A DNA stretch of 64,000 nucleotides from Nitrospirota bacterium (GTDB taxonomy: Bacteria > Nitrospirota > Nitrospiria > 2-01-FULL-66-17). Shown one piece after another: positions 8,185 through 24,887 of the stretch. The DNA lies in the NCBI GenBank assembly GCA_049325335.1, contig JBMOMC010000045.1, forward strand, positions 50,032-114,031, read 5' to 3'. The translations under genes and the position numbers were made by a program. A model generated the notes under the pieces. It ran no database searches and had not been told where the DNA came from. It worked only from the letters and a program-made list of their open reading frames with translations. The first letter of the stretch is position 1. The number at the start of each line of letters is the position of its first letter.

Positions 8185-9297
8185 TCAGAACCCCAGGCTG
8201 AGTTGCGCCACGTGGCGGCGGTCCGGGTCTTGGCCTGCGAACGCGCCGACTTCTTCGATGGAATACGCGTACGCGATCTTCAGGATTCGCAGATCCATCG
8301 TGGCGCCGGCCGCAAGATATCCTTGATTCATCCCGACGCGTAACGAGAGCACAGCGGGGAACGCGAACTCCGCGCCGGCGTGGAGTCGTTTACCCATGTC
8401 GTTATCCGCACCCAACTCTTTGGTCACATCCAACATATCCGCGGCCAGGGTCAACCGGCCGAACCCGAGCGACGGCTCCAGCGCAACCCCCATGTTGATC
8501 TGCTGCGGCAAAATTCCCGCGTCCCCCAAGTCTACGTCTCCGATGTTTTGGACCGCGACCCCCACCGAAGGACTCAGCGGCAGGGGGAATCCCAGGATCA
8601 CACCCGCGTCGAACCCGAACCCGGACCCGTCGAGCAAATCGCGATCCAGGTCGATGCCATCCTGTTGAACCAAGTCGTTCGCGGTGTAGGATTGATCCAG
8701 CAACGACCGTTGCACGTATTTGCCGGTCACCCCCACGCGCAGCGTGGATCCGAACGGCGAAAACCCCATGGCCCCGGACACTACGCCCGCGATGTCGTAT
8801 CCCCCGCGAATATCGAGCGCGTTACTCCCAGCAGCGTTGTGGACGGCCCCGTCGAACTGGCCCTGCCCCAACACCCCGACTCCGAAATTATGAACGGTCA
8901 GATTCGGGAACACCGCGGCCCGAGCATGGAAACGTTCTCCCAACCACTTGTCGAGCAGATCCGCGGCCAGGATCGCCTGTTGGGTTTCGTCCTGCGCGTC
9001 CGCCACGTCTTGCAGGTCCTGGGCAAATTCGATCGTGTTGGTGCTGATTGCGGCCAACGGATTGAGCAGATCAAACCGCCCGAATCCCTTGATCTTGTTC
9101 AGCCCGGCGGGGTTATACATCATCGCGTTTTCATCGTCGGCCACCGCGGTAAATGCGCCCCCCATCCCCAACGGACGGATGCCTTGATAGAACAAGGGCA
9201 ATGGATCAGCCCACGCGGCGCTCGTGTGCGCGACCGCGAGACACACCCCCAGGGTGACGCCCCTGCCCCAGCCTGACATACCCCGTCTATACAACAC
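8185..9297 (-). CDS. Outer-membrane beta-barrel, TraF-like/PorV-like family
   Basis: Signal peptide, RPLGMGGAFTAVADD..A..YNPAGL motif, C-terminal Phe (QLSLGF). Confidence 0.75.
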   Translation of the reverse strand: MLYRRGMSGWGRGVTLGVCLAVAHTSAAWADPLPLFYQGIRPLGMGGAFTAVADDENAMMYNPAGLNKIKGFGRFDLLNPLAAISTNTIEFAQDLQDVADAQDETQQAILAADLLDKWLGERFHARAAVFPNLTVHNFGVGVLGQGQFDGAVHNAAGSNALDIRGGYDIAGVVSGAMGFSPFGSTLRVGVTGKYVQRSLLDQSYTANDLVQQDGIDLDRDLLDGSGFGFDAGVILGFPLPLSPSVGVAVQNIGDVDLGDAGILPQQINMGVALEPSLGFGRLTLAADMLDVTKELGADNDMGKRLHAGAEFAFPAVLSLRVGMNQGYLAAGATMDLRILKIAYAYSIEEVGAFAGQDPDRRHVAQLSLGF

Positions 9298-10108
9298 AGT
9301 TCACCCCCGTCAGATCAAATCCCTGCCTGGTCAGATAACCTTGGAGGTCGTCGCACGTCACGGCATTTCCGGCGTCCCCATCCTCGTTGTTAATGTCGAA
9401 CAGGATCGTGTTGATCGAGTCCTGTACCTCGGAACTCACGCCCAGCCCTCCCAGCACTCCGGACGCATTGTTGAGCGCATCGACGATGTCGGACACGTTC
9501 GTGGTCGAAATATCACACCCCGCGATCGCGCCCTGTGTGGCGGCGCAATCCACCACTCCGTTCACGTAGTTGAGGATGTCGCTCACCGTGAGCACCGCCT
9601 TGACCATCTCCACGAGCGCCAAGATAAACGCCGCGTCATCGTCATCGTTGTACGCCAGCGGCGGGCTGGCGCTCAGATCCGCAGCCAACAGCGTCTCGGC
9701 CGACGCAATTTCCGCGGGCCACGTAGTGCTCATGGACGTCAGGGCCGCGTCCGCAATCTGTTCGAACACTTGGTTGCTGGTCACGTCGCCGCTGCCGAAC
9801 ATGGCCGCCACGCTGATAAACTCCGTGACATCAAACCCCGCCGCGCACAAATACGCGGCCGAAAGATCGAGCCGGCGCGCCACGTTGGTCGGATCAGCGG
9901 TCTGCAACTCCTCGAATAACGTGACGGCGGTGCCGCAATCTCCGCTGTCCAACGCGGATTGCGCCACCGCCAGCTTGGCCTCCGCAGATTCTTCGTCCGC
10001 GAACCCGGAGAGCAAATTATTGTCACCACATGAGAGCAGAATCCCCCCCAACAGCCCCATGGCGACCCACCCGGGAATTCGGTACATCAACCCCTTACAT
10101 GTGAACAT
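9287..10108 (-). CDS. Acidic helical lipoprotein with TPR-like segment
   Basis: Lipobox LLSC, helical repeat; coupled to the barrel gene; start uncertain. Confidence 0.65.
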   Translation of the reverse strand: MFTCKGLMYRIPGWVAMGLLGGILLSCGDNNLLSGFADEESAEAKLAVAQSALDSGDCGTAVTLFEELQTADPTNVARRLDLSAAYLCAAGFDVTEFISVAAMFGSGDVTSNQVFEQIADAALTSMSTTWPAEIASAETLLAADLSASPPLAYNDDDDAAFILALVEMVKAVLTVSDILNYVNGVVDCAATQGAIAGCDISTTNVSDIVDALNNASGVLGGLGVSSEVQDSINTILFDINNEDGDAGNAVTCDDLQGYLTRQGFDLTGVNCVV

Positions 10109-10256
10109 GGCTGACCTCTTGCACGATGAACGGTTCGTTGAAACCCACCACCGGCTCACTATATCGGAGCCCGACGGATTGTCAACGACACCCGGCCACG
10201 GCGCGTCGAGCGCCCGTCGGGTCGGCGAACGCCTGTTGTCGGCGAGAAAACCGCGA

Positions 10257-10607
10257 TTACTGCGGGCGAGGATCCGGGGCTGCAAGGGTCGTAATCTGGA
10301 TCGCGCGGAACACGTCCGTCCCGCGGATGTTCTCGAAGAACTCGGCTTGCACCTTGATCTGTTTCCCCTTGGTGAGGCCGGGGTGCAGCCCGATGAGGGC
10401 GATCCCCTGCCCCGACGCGAACCCTACCGCGGTGATGGACAACATTTCATTGTCGTACGGCACTTCGGTGTGGATGATGTTGTCGATTTCGCCGGAAAGG
10501 GTCGTCTTCGTGCCCTTCTTCATGTGGGTGAACCCGGACCCGCCGCAGCCCACCGGCACCACCACGAGCAGCACCCACACCGCCAATCGCAGCATACGAA
10601 CGGTCAT
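10257..10607 (-). CDS. Small hypothetical lipoprotein
   Basis: Hydrophobic leader with PVGC lipobox; GGAGG RBS; follows trpA. Confidence 0.6.
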   Translation of the reverse strand: MTVRMLRLAVWVLLVVVPVGCGGSGFTHMKKGTKTTLSGEIDNIIHTEVPYDNEMLSITAVGFASGQGIALIGLHPGLTKGKQIKVQAEFFENIRGTDVFRAIQITTLAAPDPRPQ

Positions 10608-10620
10608 CGCATTCCTCCGG

Positions 10621-11442
10621 TCATGACGCTTCCACGGCGGGCAACGCGGCTTTCAGCGAAGCCACGAACGCGCGCGCCTCATTGATCCGACGCTGGGGAT
10701 CGGACTGCGACTGCAAACGTTTAATCAGCGCGGACGCCACGATGACCCCGTCCGCCACGCGGGCGATGGGTCCCGCCTCTCCGGGCGTGGACACCCCGAA
10801 ACCCACGGCGACCGGCAAATCCGTCACCCGCTTGATCCGCGTCACGCCGTGCGCCACCTCATCGAGCGCGGGCAGCTTGGACCCGGTGATCCCGGTCAGC
10901 GACACATAGTACAGAAATCCTCCGGCCCGCCGCGCGATCAATTTGACGCGGGCAGCCGGCGTGGTGGGCGCGATCAGGTAAATGAGGTGCAGTCCTGCGG
11001 CGCGGGCCGCGTCGTCCAAAGGGCCCGCTTCCTCGGGCGGCAAATCCGGCACGATCAACCCATCCACCCCGGCCGCGGCCGCCTCGTTCGCCAGCCGCAC
11101 GTCGCCGTATTGAAAGATCAGGTTGTAGTAAGTCATGAACAGTAATGGGATCTGGACCGTCGCGCGCAGCCGGCGCACCAAGGCCAGGGCGTCGGCGAGC
11201 GTGACCTTCTGCGTCAGCGCGCGCTCGGCCGCGCGTTGCAGCACCGGACCGTCGGCCAATGGATCCGAAAACGGCACGCCGATCTCCAACAGGTCCGCGC
11301 CGGCCGCGGCCGCGGCCAGGGCCAGGGCTTCGGTCGTTTCCACGTCGGGATCACCCAACATCACGTACGGGATCAGCGCTTTCGCTCCGCGCGCGCGCAA
11401 CTCGGCGAACGTCCGGTCGATGCGGTTCGCGGATCGGGTCAC
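10621..11442 (-). CDS. trpA: Tryptophan synthase alpha
   Basis: [32 protein letters not shown]. Confidence 0.97.
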   Translation of the reverse strand: MTRSANRIDRTFAELRARGAKALIPYVMLGDPDVETTEALALAAAAAGADLLEIGVPFSDPLADGPVLQRAAERALTQKVTLADALALVRRLRATVQIPLLFMTYYNLIFQYGDVRLANEAAAAGVDGLIVPDLPPEEAGPLDDAARAAGLHLIYLIAPTTPAARVKLIARRAGGFLYYVSLTGITGSKLPALDEVAHGVTRIKRVTDLPVAVGFGVSTPGEAGPIARVADGVIVASALIKRLQSQSDPQRRINEARAFVASLKAALPAVEAS

Positions 11443-12677
11443 AGTTCGATCCCCCTGATCTTGGCCACCTCTTGCACGTCTTTATCTCCGCGTCCGGACA
11501 GGTTCACGATGACCACGTCGCGCGTTCGCATCCTGGGCGCGAGCGCGGCCACGTGGGCGATCGCGTGCGCGGACTCCAACGCCGGGATGATGCCTTCGGT
11601 CCGGCTCAACACATCGAACGCTTCCAGCGCCTCTTTGTCGGTCACCGACGTGTACTCGATCCGTCCCAGATCGCGGTACCACGCGTGCTCCGGCCCCACC
11701 GCGGAATAATCCAACCCGGCGGACACCGAGTGTGTGATCTGGATTTGCCCGTTCGGGTCTTGCAGCACTACGGTCTTGGTGCCCTGGAACACGCCGGTGC
11801 GGCCGGTGGCGAATCGCGCGGCATGTTGCCCGGTCTCCACGCCGTGCCCGCCCGCTTCCACGCCGATCATGCGCACCCCGGAGTCCTTGAGAAATCCCGA
11901 GAACAGGCCGATCGCGTTGCTCCCGCCGCCCACGCAGGCCACGAGCGCGGTGGGCAGTCGTCCTTCCGCCCGCAGGATCTGACGCCGCGCCTCGCGGCCG
12001 ATCACGGATTGAAAGTCGCGCACCATCATCGGGTACGGGTGGGGCCCTAACACGGAACCCAGGATGTAGTGCGTGGTCCGCACGTTGGTGGTCCAGTCGC
12101 GCAGCGCCTCGTTAATGGCGTCCTTGAGCGTGCGGCTGCCCGCGGCCACCGGCACCACGGTGGCGCCCAACAGCCGCATGCGAAACACGTTGAGCGATTG
12201 GCGCGCCATGTCTTCGGTGCCCATGTACACGTCGCACGACAGGCCGAGCAGCGCCGCGGCCGTGGCCGTGGCCACGCCGTGCTGCCCCGCGCCGGTTTCC
12301 GCGATGATGCGGCCCTTGCCCATGCGTTGGGCGAGCAACGCCTGTCCAATGGTGTTGTTGATCTTGTGCGCGCCGGTGTGGCACAGGTCCTCGCGTTTGA
12401 GATAAATGCGCGCGCCGCCCAAGGCCTTGCTAAGCCGCGCCGCGTGATAGAGCGGCGTGGGTCGACCCACGAACGCGGCGAGCCGGTGATCGATATCCGC
12501 GCGAAAGCGCCGATCCGTGCGGGCTTTGGCGTACTCCGCGACCAACTCCTGCAACGCCGGCATGAGGGTCTCGGGCACGAATCGCCCTCCGTACGGGCCG
12601 AAGTGGCCCGCCTCGTCCGGTACGCCGGTCGGCCTACGCGTTTTTCGCGGCTTGGATGAACGCGCGGATTTTCCCAT
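11439..12677 (-). CDS. trpB: Tryptophan synthase beta
   Basis: [34 protein letters not shown]. Confidence 0.98.
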   Translation of the reverse strand: MGKSARSSKPRKTRRPTGVPDEAGHFGPYGGRFVPETLMPALQELVAEYAKARTDRRFRADIDHRLAAFVGRPTPLYHAARLSKALGGARIYLKREDLCHTGAHKINNTIGQALLAQRMGKGRIIAETGAGQHGVATATAAALLGLSCDVYMGTEDMARQSLNVFRMRLLGATVVPVAAGSRTLKDAINEALRDWTTNVRTTHYILGSVLGPHPYPMMVRDFQSVIGREARRQILRAEGRLPTALVACVGGGSNAIGLFSGFLKDSGVRMIGVEAGGHGVETGQHAARFATGRTGVFQGTKTVVLQDPNGQIQITHSVSAGLDYSAVGPEHAWYRDLGRIEYTSVTDKEALEAFDVLSRTEGIIPALESAHAIAHVAALAPRMRTRDVVIVNLSGRGDKDVQEVAKIRGIEL

Positions 12678-13251
12678 GGTCCTTCACGCCTTTGGTCGTC
12701 CCTTCCACCCCGCTGGACACGTCCACGGCAAACGGGCGAACCCGCCGGATCGCCTCGGCCACGTTGTCGGGCGTGAGCCCGCCGGCCAAAATAATCCGAC
12801 CGTACGCCTTGGCCGACACGGCCAGGTCCCAATCGAACATCTGACCGGTGCCCCCGTATTCGCCCTCGCGGTACGCATCCAGCACGAACGCGCGCACGCG
12901 ATAGTTGTCCATGATATCGAGACTCGCGCGATCTTTCACCCGGATCGCCTTGATCGCGCGCTGCCCGAATCCTTCGCAGTACTCCGGCGTCTCGTCACCC
13001 TGAAACTGCAACGTGTCCACCCCGCAGCGCTCGGCGATGACGCGCACCCAGTGCGTGGGCTGGTTCACGAACAGTCCTACCGTGGTCACGAACGGCGGCA
13101 GGTGACGGATGATCGCCTGCGCCTGATCCGTGGGGATGCACCGCAGGCTTTCCTTATATAACACGAACCCCAGCGCATCGGCCCCCGACTCTGCGGCAAC
13201 CATCGCGTCGTCGACGTTCATAAGCCCGCAGATTTTGACCCGCACGCTCAC
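12634..13251 (-). CDS. trpF: Phosphoribosylanthranilate isomerase
   Basis: [31 protein letters not shown]. Confidence 0.96.
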   Translation of the reverse strand: MSVRVKICGLMNVDDAMVAAESGADALGFVLYKESLRCIPTDQAQAIIRHLPPFVTTVGLFVNQPTHWVRVIAERCGVDTLQFQGDETPEYCEGFGQRAIKAIRVKDRASLDIMDNYRVRAFVLDAYREGEYGGTGQMFDWDLAVSAKAYGRIILAGGLTPDNVAEAIRRVRPFAVDVSSGVEGTTKGVKDHGKIRAFIQAAKNA

Positions 13252-14060
13252 GTTCGCCGCTGCGCCCGCACCGGCGCTTCCGCGCCCATCAGTTCGCGAA
13301 CCTTCTCCTCGATCACGGGAGCCCGCATAAACGTTTCGCCGATCAACACCGCATCCACCCCGAGCTCTGACAGCCGCCTGACGTCGTCGCGTGACGCGAT
13401 TCCGCTTTCACTCACGAACGTGCGATCCCCCGGTCTTTCGCGCAACACCCGTTCCGTAGTCGCCAGATCGGTCTCGAACGTGGCCAGATTTCGATTATTG
13501 ATCCCGATCAACGTGGCGTCATCCACCACCCGCTCCAGTTCCGCCTCGTCGTGCACCTCAACCAGCACGGACAGCCCCAATTCGCGGGCCAAGTGCGCGT
13601 ACTCTCGGAGTTGCCCGCCATCCAGCGCGGCCGCGATCAAGAGCACGGCGTCCGCGCCCAATGCGCGCGCCTCGCACACCTGGAACTCATCGAGCACGAA
13701 GTCTTTTTCCAAAATCGGCAGCGACACCGCGCCGCGTACCGCGGCCAGATACGCCAGGTCGCCCTGGAAAAACGCGCGATCGGTCAACACCGACAACGCG
13801 TGCGCGCCGGCCGCGGCGTAGGTCTTCGCGATAGACACGGGATCAAAGTCCGCGCGGATGAGCCCTTTGGACGGCGAGGCCTTTTTGATCTCGGCGATGA
13901 GCCGAATGGGGGCGTCGCCGCGTCTGGCCAGCACGGCCTCGAATCCCCGCGTCGGCTCCGCGTCCGCAATCCGCGCGCGAAGCTCCGACGCTCGCGCCGC
14001 GCTCTTACGGCCCGCGACCTCGGCCCGCTTGTGCCGGAGAATGTCGGACAAGAACGACAC
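13248..14060 (-). CDS. trpC: Indole-3-glycerol phosphate synthase
   Basis: IAEIKKASPSKG, GINNRNL, VSESGI. Confidence 0.96.
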   Translation of the reverse strand: MSFLSDILRHKRAEVAGRKSAARASELRARIADAEPTRGFEAVLARRGDAPIRLIAEIKKASPSKGLIRADFDPVSIAKTYAAAGAHALSVLTDRAFFQGDLAYLAAVRGAVSLPILEKDFVLDEFQVCEARALGADAVLLIAAALDGGQLREYAHLARELGLSVLVEVHDEAELERVVDDATLIGINNRNLATFETDLATTERVLRERPGDRTFVSESGIASRDDVRRLSELGVDAVLIGETFMRAPVIEEKVRELMGAEAPVRAQRRT

Positions 14061-14061
14061 G

Positions 14062-15075
14062 TCAGACGGACGCCGTGCGTTGTTTCAGCTTTTCGAGTTT
14101 TTCCACGGCCGCGCCGCTGTCGATCGACTTCGCGGCCAGCGCAACCCCCTCGGCGAAGTCCTTGGCCAGCCCGCACGCAACTAGCGGCGGGGCAGCGTTG
14201 AGCAACACGATGTCGCGCTTCGGGCCGCGCTCGCCCCCCAAGACCGCGAGCAGAATCTTCGCGTTCTCCTCGGGTCCGCCGCCCGCGATGGTCTCGATCC
14301 CCGCGAGCGGGATTCCCAGATCGCGCGGCTCGAGGTGATAACAACTGATCCGCCCCTCCTTGCCCTCGCAAAAACGCGTGGGCCCGGAGATCGAGATCTC
14401 GTCCAATCCGTCCTCGCCGTGCACCACGAAACAGTGCCGCGAGCCGAGTTTGATCAACACTTGGGCCATGAGATCCGCGAGCGGATCGGCATACACACCA
14501 AGGATCTGGATCGACGCGCCCGCCGGATTCGTGAGCGGCCCCAAAATATTGAACAACGTACGGATCCCGATCTCCTGGCGCGGCCCCACCGCATGTTTCA
14601 TGGCGCCGTGGAACACCGGCGCGAACAAAAATCCGATGCCGATGTCGTTCACGCACTCTTCCACCACAAACGGCGCGACCTCGATGTTCACGCCCAACGC
14701 GCGGAGCACGTCCGCGCTGCCGCTCTTGGACGAGGCCGCGCGGTTGCCGTGTTTGGCTACGGTCGCGCCCGCACCCGCCACCACGAACGCGGTGGCGGTG
14801 GAAATGTTGAAGGTGCCCTTGCGGTCCCCGCCGGTGCCGCACGTGTCCACCACGAGCGGATCGTTTACCCGGATCTTGACCGCTTTTTCCCGCATCACGC
14901 GCGCGGCGCCGACCACTTCATCCACGGTTTCGCCCTTTAACCGAAGCGCGGTCAGAAACGCCGCGATCTGGGCCGGCGTGGTTTGCCCCTCCATAATCTC
15001 TCGCATCACGACCTCGGACTCGGCCTCGGTCAACGAAATGCGGTCAGACAACTTGGCAATGGCATCCCTGATCAT
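14062..15075 (-). CDS. trpD: Anthranilate phosphoribosyltransferase
   Basis: [27 protein letters not shown]. Confidence 0.97.
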   Translation of the reverse strand: MIRDAIAKLSDRISLTEAESEVVMREIMEGQTTPAQIAAFLTALRLKGETVDEVVGAARVMREKAVKIRVNDPLVVDTCGTGGDRKGTFNISTATAFVVAGAGATVAKHGNRAASSKSGSADVLRALGVNIEVAPFVVEECVNDIGIGFLFAPVFHGAMKHAVGPRQEIGIRTLFNILGPLTNPAGASIQILGVYADPLADLMAQVLIKLGSRHCFVVHGEDGLDEISISGPTRFCEGKEGRISCYHLEPRDLGIPLAGIETIAGGGPEENAKILLAVLGGERGPKRDIVLLNAAPPLVACGLAKDFAEGVALAAKSIDSGAAVEKLEKLKQRTASV

Positions 15076-15641
15076 GCGGGAAGCCTCAAGAAGTTGCGCA
15101 ACAGGTCCTTGCCGGGGCGGGTGAGGATCGACTCGGGGTGGAACTGCACGCCCTCCACCCGGTGCTGACGATGTCGCACGCCCATGATCTCGCCCTCTTT
15201 GGTCTCGGCACTCACTTCAAGGCACGCAGGCAGGGTCTCGCGTTTGACGATCAACGAGTGATACCGCGTGGCCTCAAACGGATTCGGCAAACCCTCGAAA
15301 ATCGTCTTGCCGTCGTGATGGATCATCGAGGTCTTCCCGTGCATCAACCGGTCGGCCCTCACCACGTCGCCCCCGAACGCGGCGCCGATGGATTGATGGC
15401 CCAGACACACGCCCAGGATTGGTATCGAGCCCGCGAACCGCTTGATCAACTCGACCGAGATCCCCGCTTCGTTGGGCGTGCATGGTCCCGGAGAAATCAC
15501 CACGTGCGACGGTCGCTTGGCCGCGATCTGACCGAGCGTGATCGCGTCGTTACGAAACACCTCCAACGTCGCGCCCAGTTCGCCCAGGTACTGCACGAGG
15601 TTATACGTGAACGAATCGTAATTGTCGATAACAAGCAGCAT
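15072..15641 (-). CDS. trpG: Anthranilate synthase component II
   Basis: [29 protein letters not shown]. Confidence 0.96.
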   Translation of the reverse strand: MLLVIDNYDSFTYNLVQYLGELGATLEVFRNDAITLGQIAAKRPSHVVISPGPCTPNEAGISVELIKRFAGSIPILGVCLGHQSIGAAFGGDVVRADRLMHGKTSMIHHDGKTIFEGLPNPFEATRYHSLIVKRETLPACLEVSAETKEGEIMGVRHRQHRVEGVQFHPESILTRPGKDLLRNFLRLPA

Positions 15642-15688
15642 ACGTTAGCCGGTGCGCCGGTTCCCCGGTTCGCCGGTTCCGCGGGTCA

Positions 15689-17164
15689 TCATTCCAATCC
15701 TTGCTCCGCCATCTCGATCGCCGCGAGCATGGCCTTGGCCTTGTTCACGGTTTCCTCGTACTCCGAGTCGGGATTTGAATCCGCCACGATCCCGGCGCCG
15801 GCCTGGATATACGCGGTCCTTTGATCCAGCACGATCGTGCGGATCGCGATACACGTGTCGAGATTCCCGGAAAAACTCACGTACCCGATCGCGCCCCCGT
15901 ACAACCCGCGGGCGGTGGGCTCCAATTCGTCGATGATCTCCATGGCGCGGATTTTGGGCGCGCCCGACAACGTGCCCGCGGGAAAACACGCGCGCAACAC
16001 ATCGTAGGGCGTCGTGCCGGGCGCCAGATCGCCGCGAACGTGCGAGACCAGGTGCATCACGTGCGAGTACCGCTCGACCACCATAAATTCGTCCACCCGC
16101 ACGCTCCCGGTCTTGGCCACGCGTCCCACGTCGTTGCGCCCCAAATCAACCAGCATGAGATGCTCCGCCCGCTCCTTCTCGTCCGCGGCGAGTTCGGTCG
16201 CAAGGCGCGCGTCCTCCGCCTCATCCCGGCCACGCCGTCGCGTGCCGGCGATGGGACGCACGCCCACCACCCCGTTCTCGCAGCGCACCAACACCTCCGG
16301 TGACGCGCCCACCACCGCGAGCGGCCCCAACCGCAGCAGGTACATGTACGGCGACGGATTGATCACGCGCAGCGCGCGGTACAAGTCCGTGGGCGACGCG
16401 GCAACCGGCATGTGAAACCGTTGGGACAACACCACCTGAAATACGTCGCCCGCCGCAATGTACTCCTTGGCCCGGCGCACCATGTTCACGAACTCGGGTT
16501 TGGTGACGTTCGAGGCCAGCGTCGGATGGGATCGAGCCGGTTGCGGCGTCGGCGGCGCCAGCGGACGGCGCAATACCGCGATCATGGCGTCGATCTTGGC
16601 AATGGACTCGTCGTAGACTTCGCGCAGCGGACGGCCGGTCACGTGCGCGTTGGACACCACTTTGATCTTCTGCGCGAGGTTGTCGAAGATCACCAGGGTG
16701 TCGGTGATCAGCAAACAGAGGTCGGGCAAGCCGAGCGAGGGTTTAGCCCGCATCGCAAGGTGCTCGAACGAGCGCGGCGCCACGTCGTACCCGATGTACC
16801 CGACCGCGCCCCCGACAAACGGCGGCAACTCCGGAACCGTCACCGGGGTGTAATCCGCCATGACCTTCTCCGCAGCCCGGAGCGGGTCGTCCGTTTCGAC
16901 CACCTCGACCCGTTCGCCGCGACGGATCTCCACGCGCGGCCCGCGCGCCTCGATCACAACCGTCGGACGGCTCCCAAGGAACGAGTAGCGCGCCCACTGC
17001 TCGCCGCCCTCCACGCTCTCCAGCAAGTAGGCATAGCGGCCGTCATCGAGTTTGAGAAACGCGGAGACCGGCGTCTCGAGATCCGCCAGGATCTCCTTGT
17101 AGACCGGGATCAGATTCCCGTGACGCGCGCTCGCGGCAAACTCTTCAAAGGAAGGACGATACAC
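15689..17164 (-). CDS. trpE: Anthranilate synthase component I
   Basis: LLESVEGGE, NPSPYM, PIAGTR, EHLMLVDLGRND, GAPKIRAM. Confidence 0.97.
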   Translation of the reverse strand: MYRPSFEEFAASARHGNLIPVYKEILADLETPVSAFLKLDDGRYAYLLESVEGGEQWARYSFLGSRPTVVIEARGPRVEIRRGERVEVVETDDPLRAAEKVMADYTPVTVPELPPFVGGAVGYIGYDVAPRSFEHLAMRAKPSLGLPDLCLLITDTLVIFDNLAQKIKVVSNAHVTGRPLREVYDESIAKIDAMIAVLRRPLAPPTPQPARSHPTLASNVTKPEFVNMVRRAKEYIAAGDVFQVVLSQRFHMPVAASPTDLYRALRVINPSPYMYLLRLGPLAVVGASPEVLVRCENGVVGVRPIAGTRRRGRDEAEDARLATELAADEKERAEHLMLVDLGRNDVGRVAKTGSVRVDEFMVVERYSHVMHLVSHVRGDLAPGTTPYDVLRACFPAGTLSGAPKIRAMEIIDELEPTARGLYGGAIGYVSFSGNLDTCIAIRTIVLDQRTAYIQAGAGIVADSNPDSEYEETVNKAKAMLAAIEMAEQGLE

Positions 17165-17356
17165 GGCAGAATGCGCCCCACAGAGGCGCGCGAGCCGTTA
17201 CCGTAACACGGCGCGGAAGAACTTGTCAACCCACGGGCGGTATACCGCCGCAGCACGCGGCGACCAGGAACGGGTTAACTCGGATTATGTACGAAGGTTC
17301 GTCGCGAAACCGCGGATACGCCGCGGTTGCAGCGGGAGGTTCGTGAAGGGGCGGGG

Positions 17357-17554
17357 CTAAGACTTCCGGCTGGACGCCACGCGCTCCAAGTCGCGTTTGA
17401 AGCGCAGCTTTCGGAGAATCTCCTTCAGCGACTCGACGACCGCGTCGTTGAGTTCGCGCTCTCCCAACGCCGCCGTGACTTCCAGATACAACGGCGTGGG
17501 AACCATGATCCGCATTTGCGCCGCCGCCCCATTGATCTTGTTATGCTCGGACAT
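17357..17554 (-). CDS. Small hypothetical protein, ribbon-helix-helix-like
   Basis: GGAGGG RBS; strand-helix-helix pattern (MRIMVPTPLYLEV...LNDAVVESLKEIL). Confidence 0.5.
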   Translation of the reverse strand: MSEHNKINGAAAQMRIMVPTPLYLEVTAALGERELNDAVVESLKEILRKLRFKRDLERVASSRKS

Positions 17555-17838
17555 CCCCGCCCTCCCAACCTAAATACCACCCGAGGCCCCGGTGGAGATG
17601 GCTTCCTGACTCCGCTGCTTATCCAGCCAAACACTTAAACCGGAGGAATCGACGGAATATTCCCTGCTTGGAAGATCGTCAGCGGGTTAATTATTATTAC
17701 TATTAGTGTTTGTTACCAGTCGTCTGTTGTTCGTCATAATACCCTCGCGAACAACGAAGAATGCGGCACCCAACCGACCAGATGTGATACTGTGGTCCGA
17801 TGCTCCGCCACCCGTGAGAGCACCCGTTGAGCGAGCCC

Positions 17839-18570
17839 ATGTACATGGAATCAAGGATCACCAGACTCAACAGCCTCCTGAACAAAGCCTCCCGCGTCAC
17901 CGTCTTGACGGGCGCCGGAATTTCGGCTGAAAGCGGTATCCCCACCTTTCGAGGTCCTGAAGGCTTGTGGCGGAGCTACCGGCCGGAAGACCTTGCCACC
18001 CCCGAGGCGTTTGCTCGCGATCCGAAGTTGGTCTGGACATGGTACGACTGGCGGCGCGGAATCGTGGCCAAGGCCGAGCCCAACGCCGCGCATCATGGGC
18101 TCGCCGCGCTCGAGCACCAGCGCGCCGTCACCGTAATCACCCAAAACGTGGATGGACTCCACCGCAGAGCCGGCAACCGTGAATTGATCGAGCTGCACGG
18201 CAACATCTGGAAGGTCCGGTGCACGCGCTGCGCGTTGATCGCGGGCAACACCGAGGTTCCGTGCGCGACCATCCCTCCGTTGTGCAAGAGCTGCGGGGCA
18301 TTGGTCCGCCCGCACATCGTGTGGTTCGGCGAATCCGTGGACCCCTACGACTTCCAGCGCAGTGTGGAAATGAGCCGCAGCGCGGACGTATTTCTGGTGA
18401 TCGGCACCTCGGGTTTGGTCCAGCCCGCCGCCTCATTCGCCCAAATCGCCAAATCTTCCGGCGCCACCGTCATCGACATCAACCCCGACGACACCCCCAT
18501 CACTCCAATCGCCGACCTGATCTTCCGCGACCGCGCAGTCCCGGTATTCGAAGCCCTCGCCAGTCCCTAA
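17839..18570 (+). CDS. cobB: NAD-dependent deacylase (sirtuin)
   Basis: GAGISAESGIPTFRG, TQNVDGLH, CxxC pairs, RPHIVWFGE, GTS; start uncertain. Confidence 0.95.
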   Translation: MYMESRITRLNSLLNKASRVTVLTGAGISAESGIPTFRGPEGLWRSYRPEDLATPEAFARDPKLVWTWYDWRRGIVAKAEPNAAHHGLAALEHQRAVTVITQNVDGLHRRAGNRELIELHGNIWKVRCTRCALIAGNTEVPCATIPPLCKSCGALVRPHIVWFGESVDPYDFQRSVEMSRSADVFLVIGTSGLVQPAASFAQIAKSSGATVIDINPDDTPITPIADLIFRDRAVPVFEALASP

Positions 18571-18674
18571 GCCCTCCCACCCCACACAGGTAAAATGCTT
18601 GACACCGCCCCGCTAATTCCGTTACGTTTAAGAACCCTCCGGATGGTTGATCCAGCCGCGAGTTAGGTCCCCAA

Positions 18675-23271
<4,597 letters not shown>

Positions 23272-23279
<8 letters not shown>

Positions 23280-24720
23280 TATCCGCGGCTTTCTCAAGGT
23301 CAAACGCGAAGGCCCCAAGCGCCGTCCGGTCGACGAACGCGTCCACGACTGGAAGGAGTTCTACCAGCCGATCGCGGAAGACACGCTCCGGAACCAAGGC
23401 TCGCGGTGCATGGATTGCGGCGTGCCGTTCTGCCAAGGCAACACGGGCTGCCCGGTCGAGAACCTGATCCCGGAATGGAACGACCTGGTGCATCGTGGCC
23501 GCTGGCGCGACGCGCTCAAGGCCCTGCACAACACCAACAATTTCCCGGAATTCACCGGCCGCCTCTGCCCCGCGCCCTGCGAATCCGCCTGCGTGTTGGG
23601 TGTGATCGACGACCCGGTCTCGATCCGCGTGATCGAATGGAACATCATCGACAAAGGGTTTGACGAAGGCTGGGTCTCCCCGATCCTGCCCGTGGTTGAA
23701 ACCGGCCAACGCGTGGCAGTGGTGGGCTCGGGCCCGGCGGGCTTGGCCGCGGCCCAGCAACTGCGCCGAGCCGGGCATCAGGTCACGGTCTTCGAAAAAG
23801 CCGACCGCGTCGGCGGCCTCCTGCGCTACGGCATCCCCGACTTCAAAATGGAGAAGTGGGTCATTGAGCGCCGCCTGGAGCAGATGACCGCCGAGGGCGT
23901 GCAGTTCCAGACCAACGTGGACGTGGGGCGCGATATGCCAGCCGACCGCTTGCGCCGGGAGTACGACGCGGTCCTGCTGGCGACCGGCGCCATGGTGCCG
24001 CGCGACCTCAAGGTCCCTGGTCGCGAACTCGCGGGCGTGCACTTCGCGATGGACTACCTGACGCAGCAAAACAAAATCAACGCGGGCGACCCGCCGCCTG
24101 CGGCTGACAAGCGCATCACCGCGGAGGGCAAACGCGTGGTGATCATCGGCGGCGGCGACACCGGGTCCGACTGTCTGGGCACCGCACACCGCCAGAACGT
24201 CAAAGAGGTCTACCAGTTCGAACTGCTCCCCGAACCGCCGCCCCAACGCGACGCCTCCACACCATGGCCCTACTGGCCCATGCAGTTGCGCTCCTCACAC
24301 GCGCACGAAGAAGGCTGCAAGCGCGAGTGGAGCGTCTCCACCACCAAGTTCTCGGGCCGCAACGGCCGCGTGGAGAAGCTGCACGCGGTGCGCGTGGAGT
24401 TCGAGAAGGATGCCCAAGGCAAGACCAAGATGGTGGAAGTCCCCAACTCCGCGTTCGAGTTGGATGCGGATCTGGTCCTGCTCGCCATGGGATTTACCGG
24501 TCCTGAAAAACCCGGCCTGCTCGCCGACCTCGGCGTGGTCCTTGATCCCCGCGGCAACGTGTCCGTGGACGCGAACTATATGTCCAGCGTGCCCGGCGTA
24601 TTCGCGGCCGGCGACGCTAAGCGCGGCGCCTCGCTCATCGTGTGGGCGATTGCGGAAGGCCGCAAGGCTGCGGCGGGCATCGAACGCTTCCTCGCAACCA
24701 AAGTCCCCGTGGGACGTTAA
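23272..24720 (+). CDS. gltD: Glutamate synthase small subunit
   Basis: [34 protein letters not shown]; start ATG 23272. Confidence 0.98.
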
Positions 24721-24887
24721 ACCATTTACGCGTTGCGTGGTTTGTCTATGGGGAGTCGGGCAACGAGCTACAGAGAATCCGACCTCGCAACAAAGACTCT
24801 CCTCCAACAATCATCGGGGCACCTTGGGCGAACACCATCGGGACGCCTCCACGGAGATATTCTCTCTTCGGGAATGGCTAACGTCTC

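Noticed and set aside
8185..9297. Conjugative element implied by the TraF-like gene
   Set aside because: No relaxase, T4SS or integrase genes; embedded among housekeeping genes.
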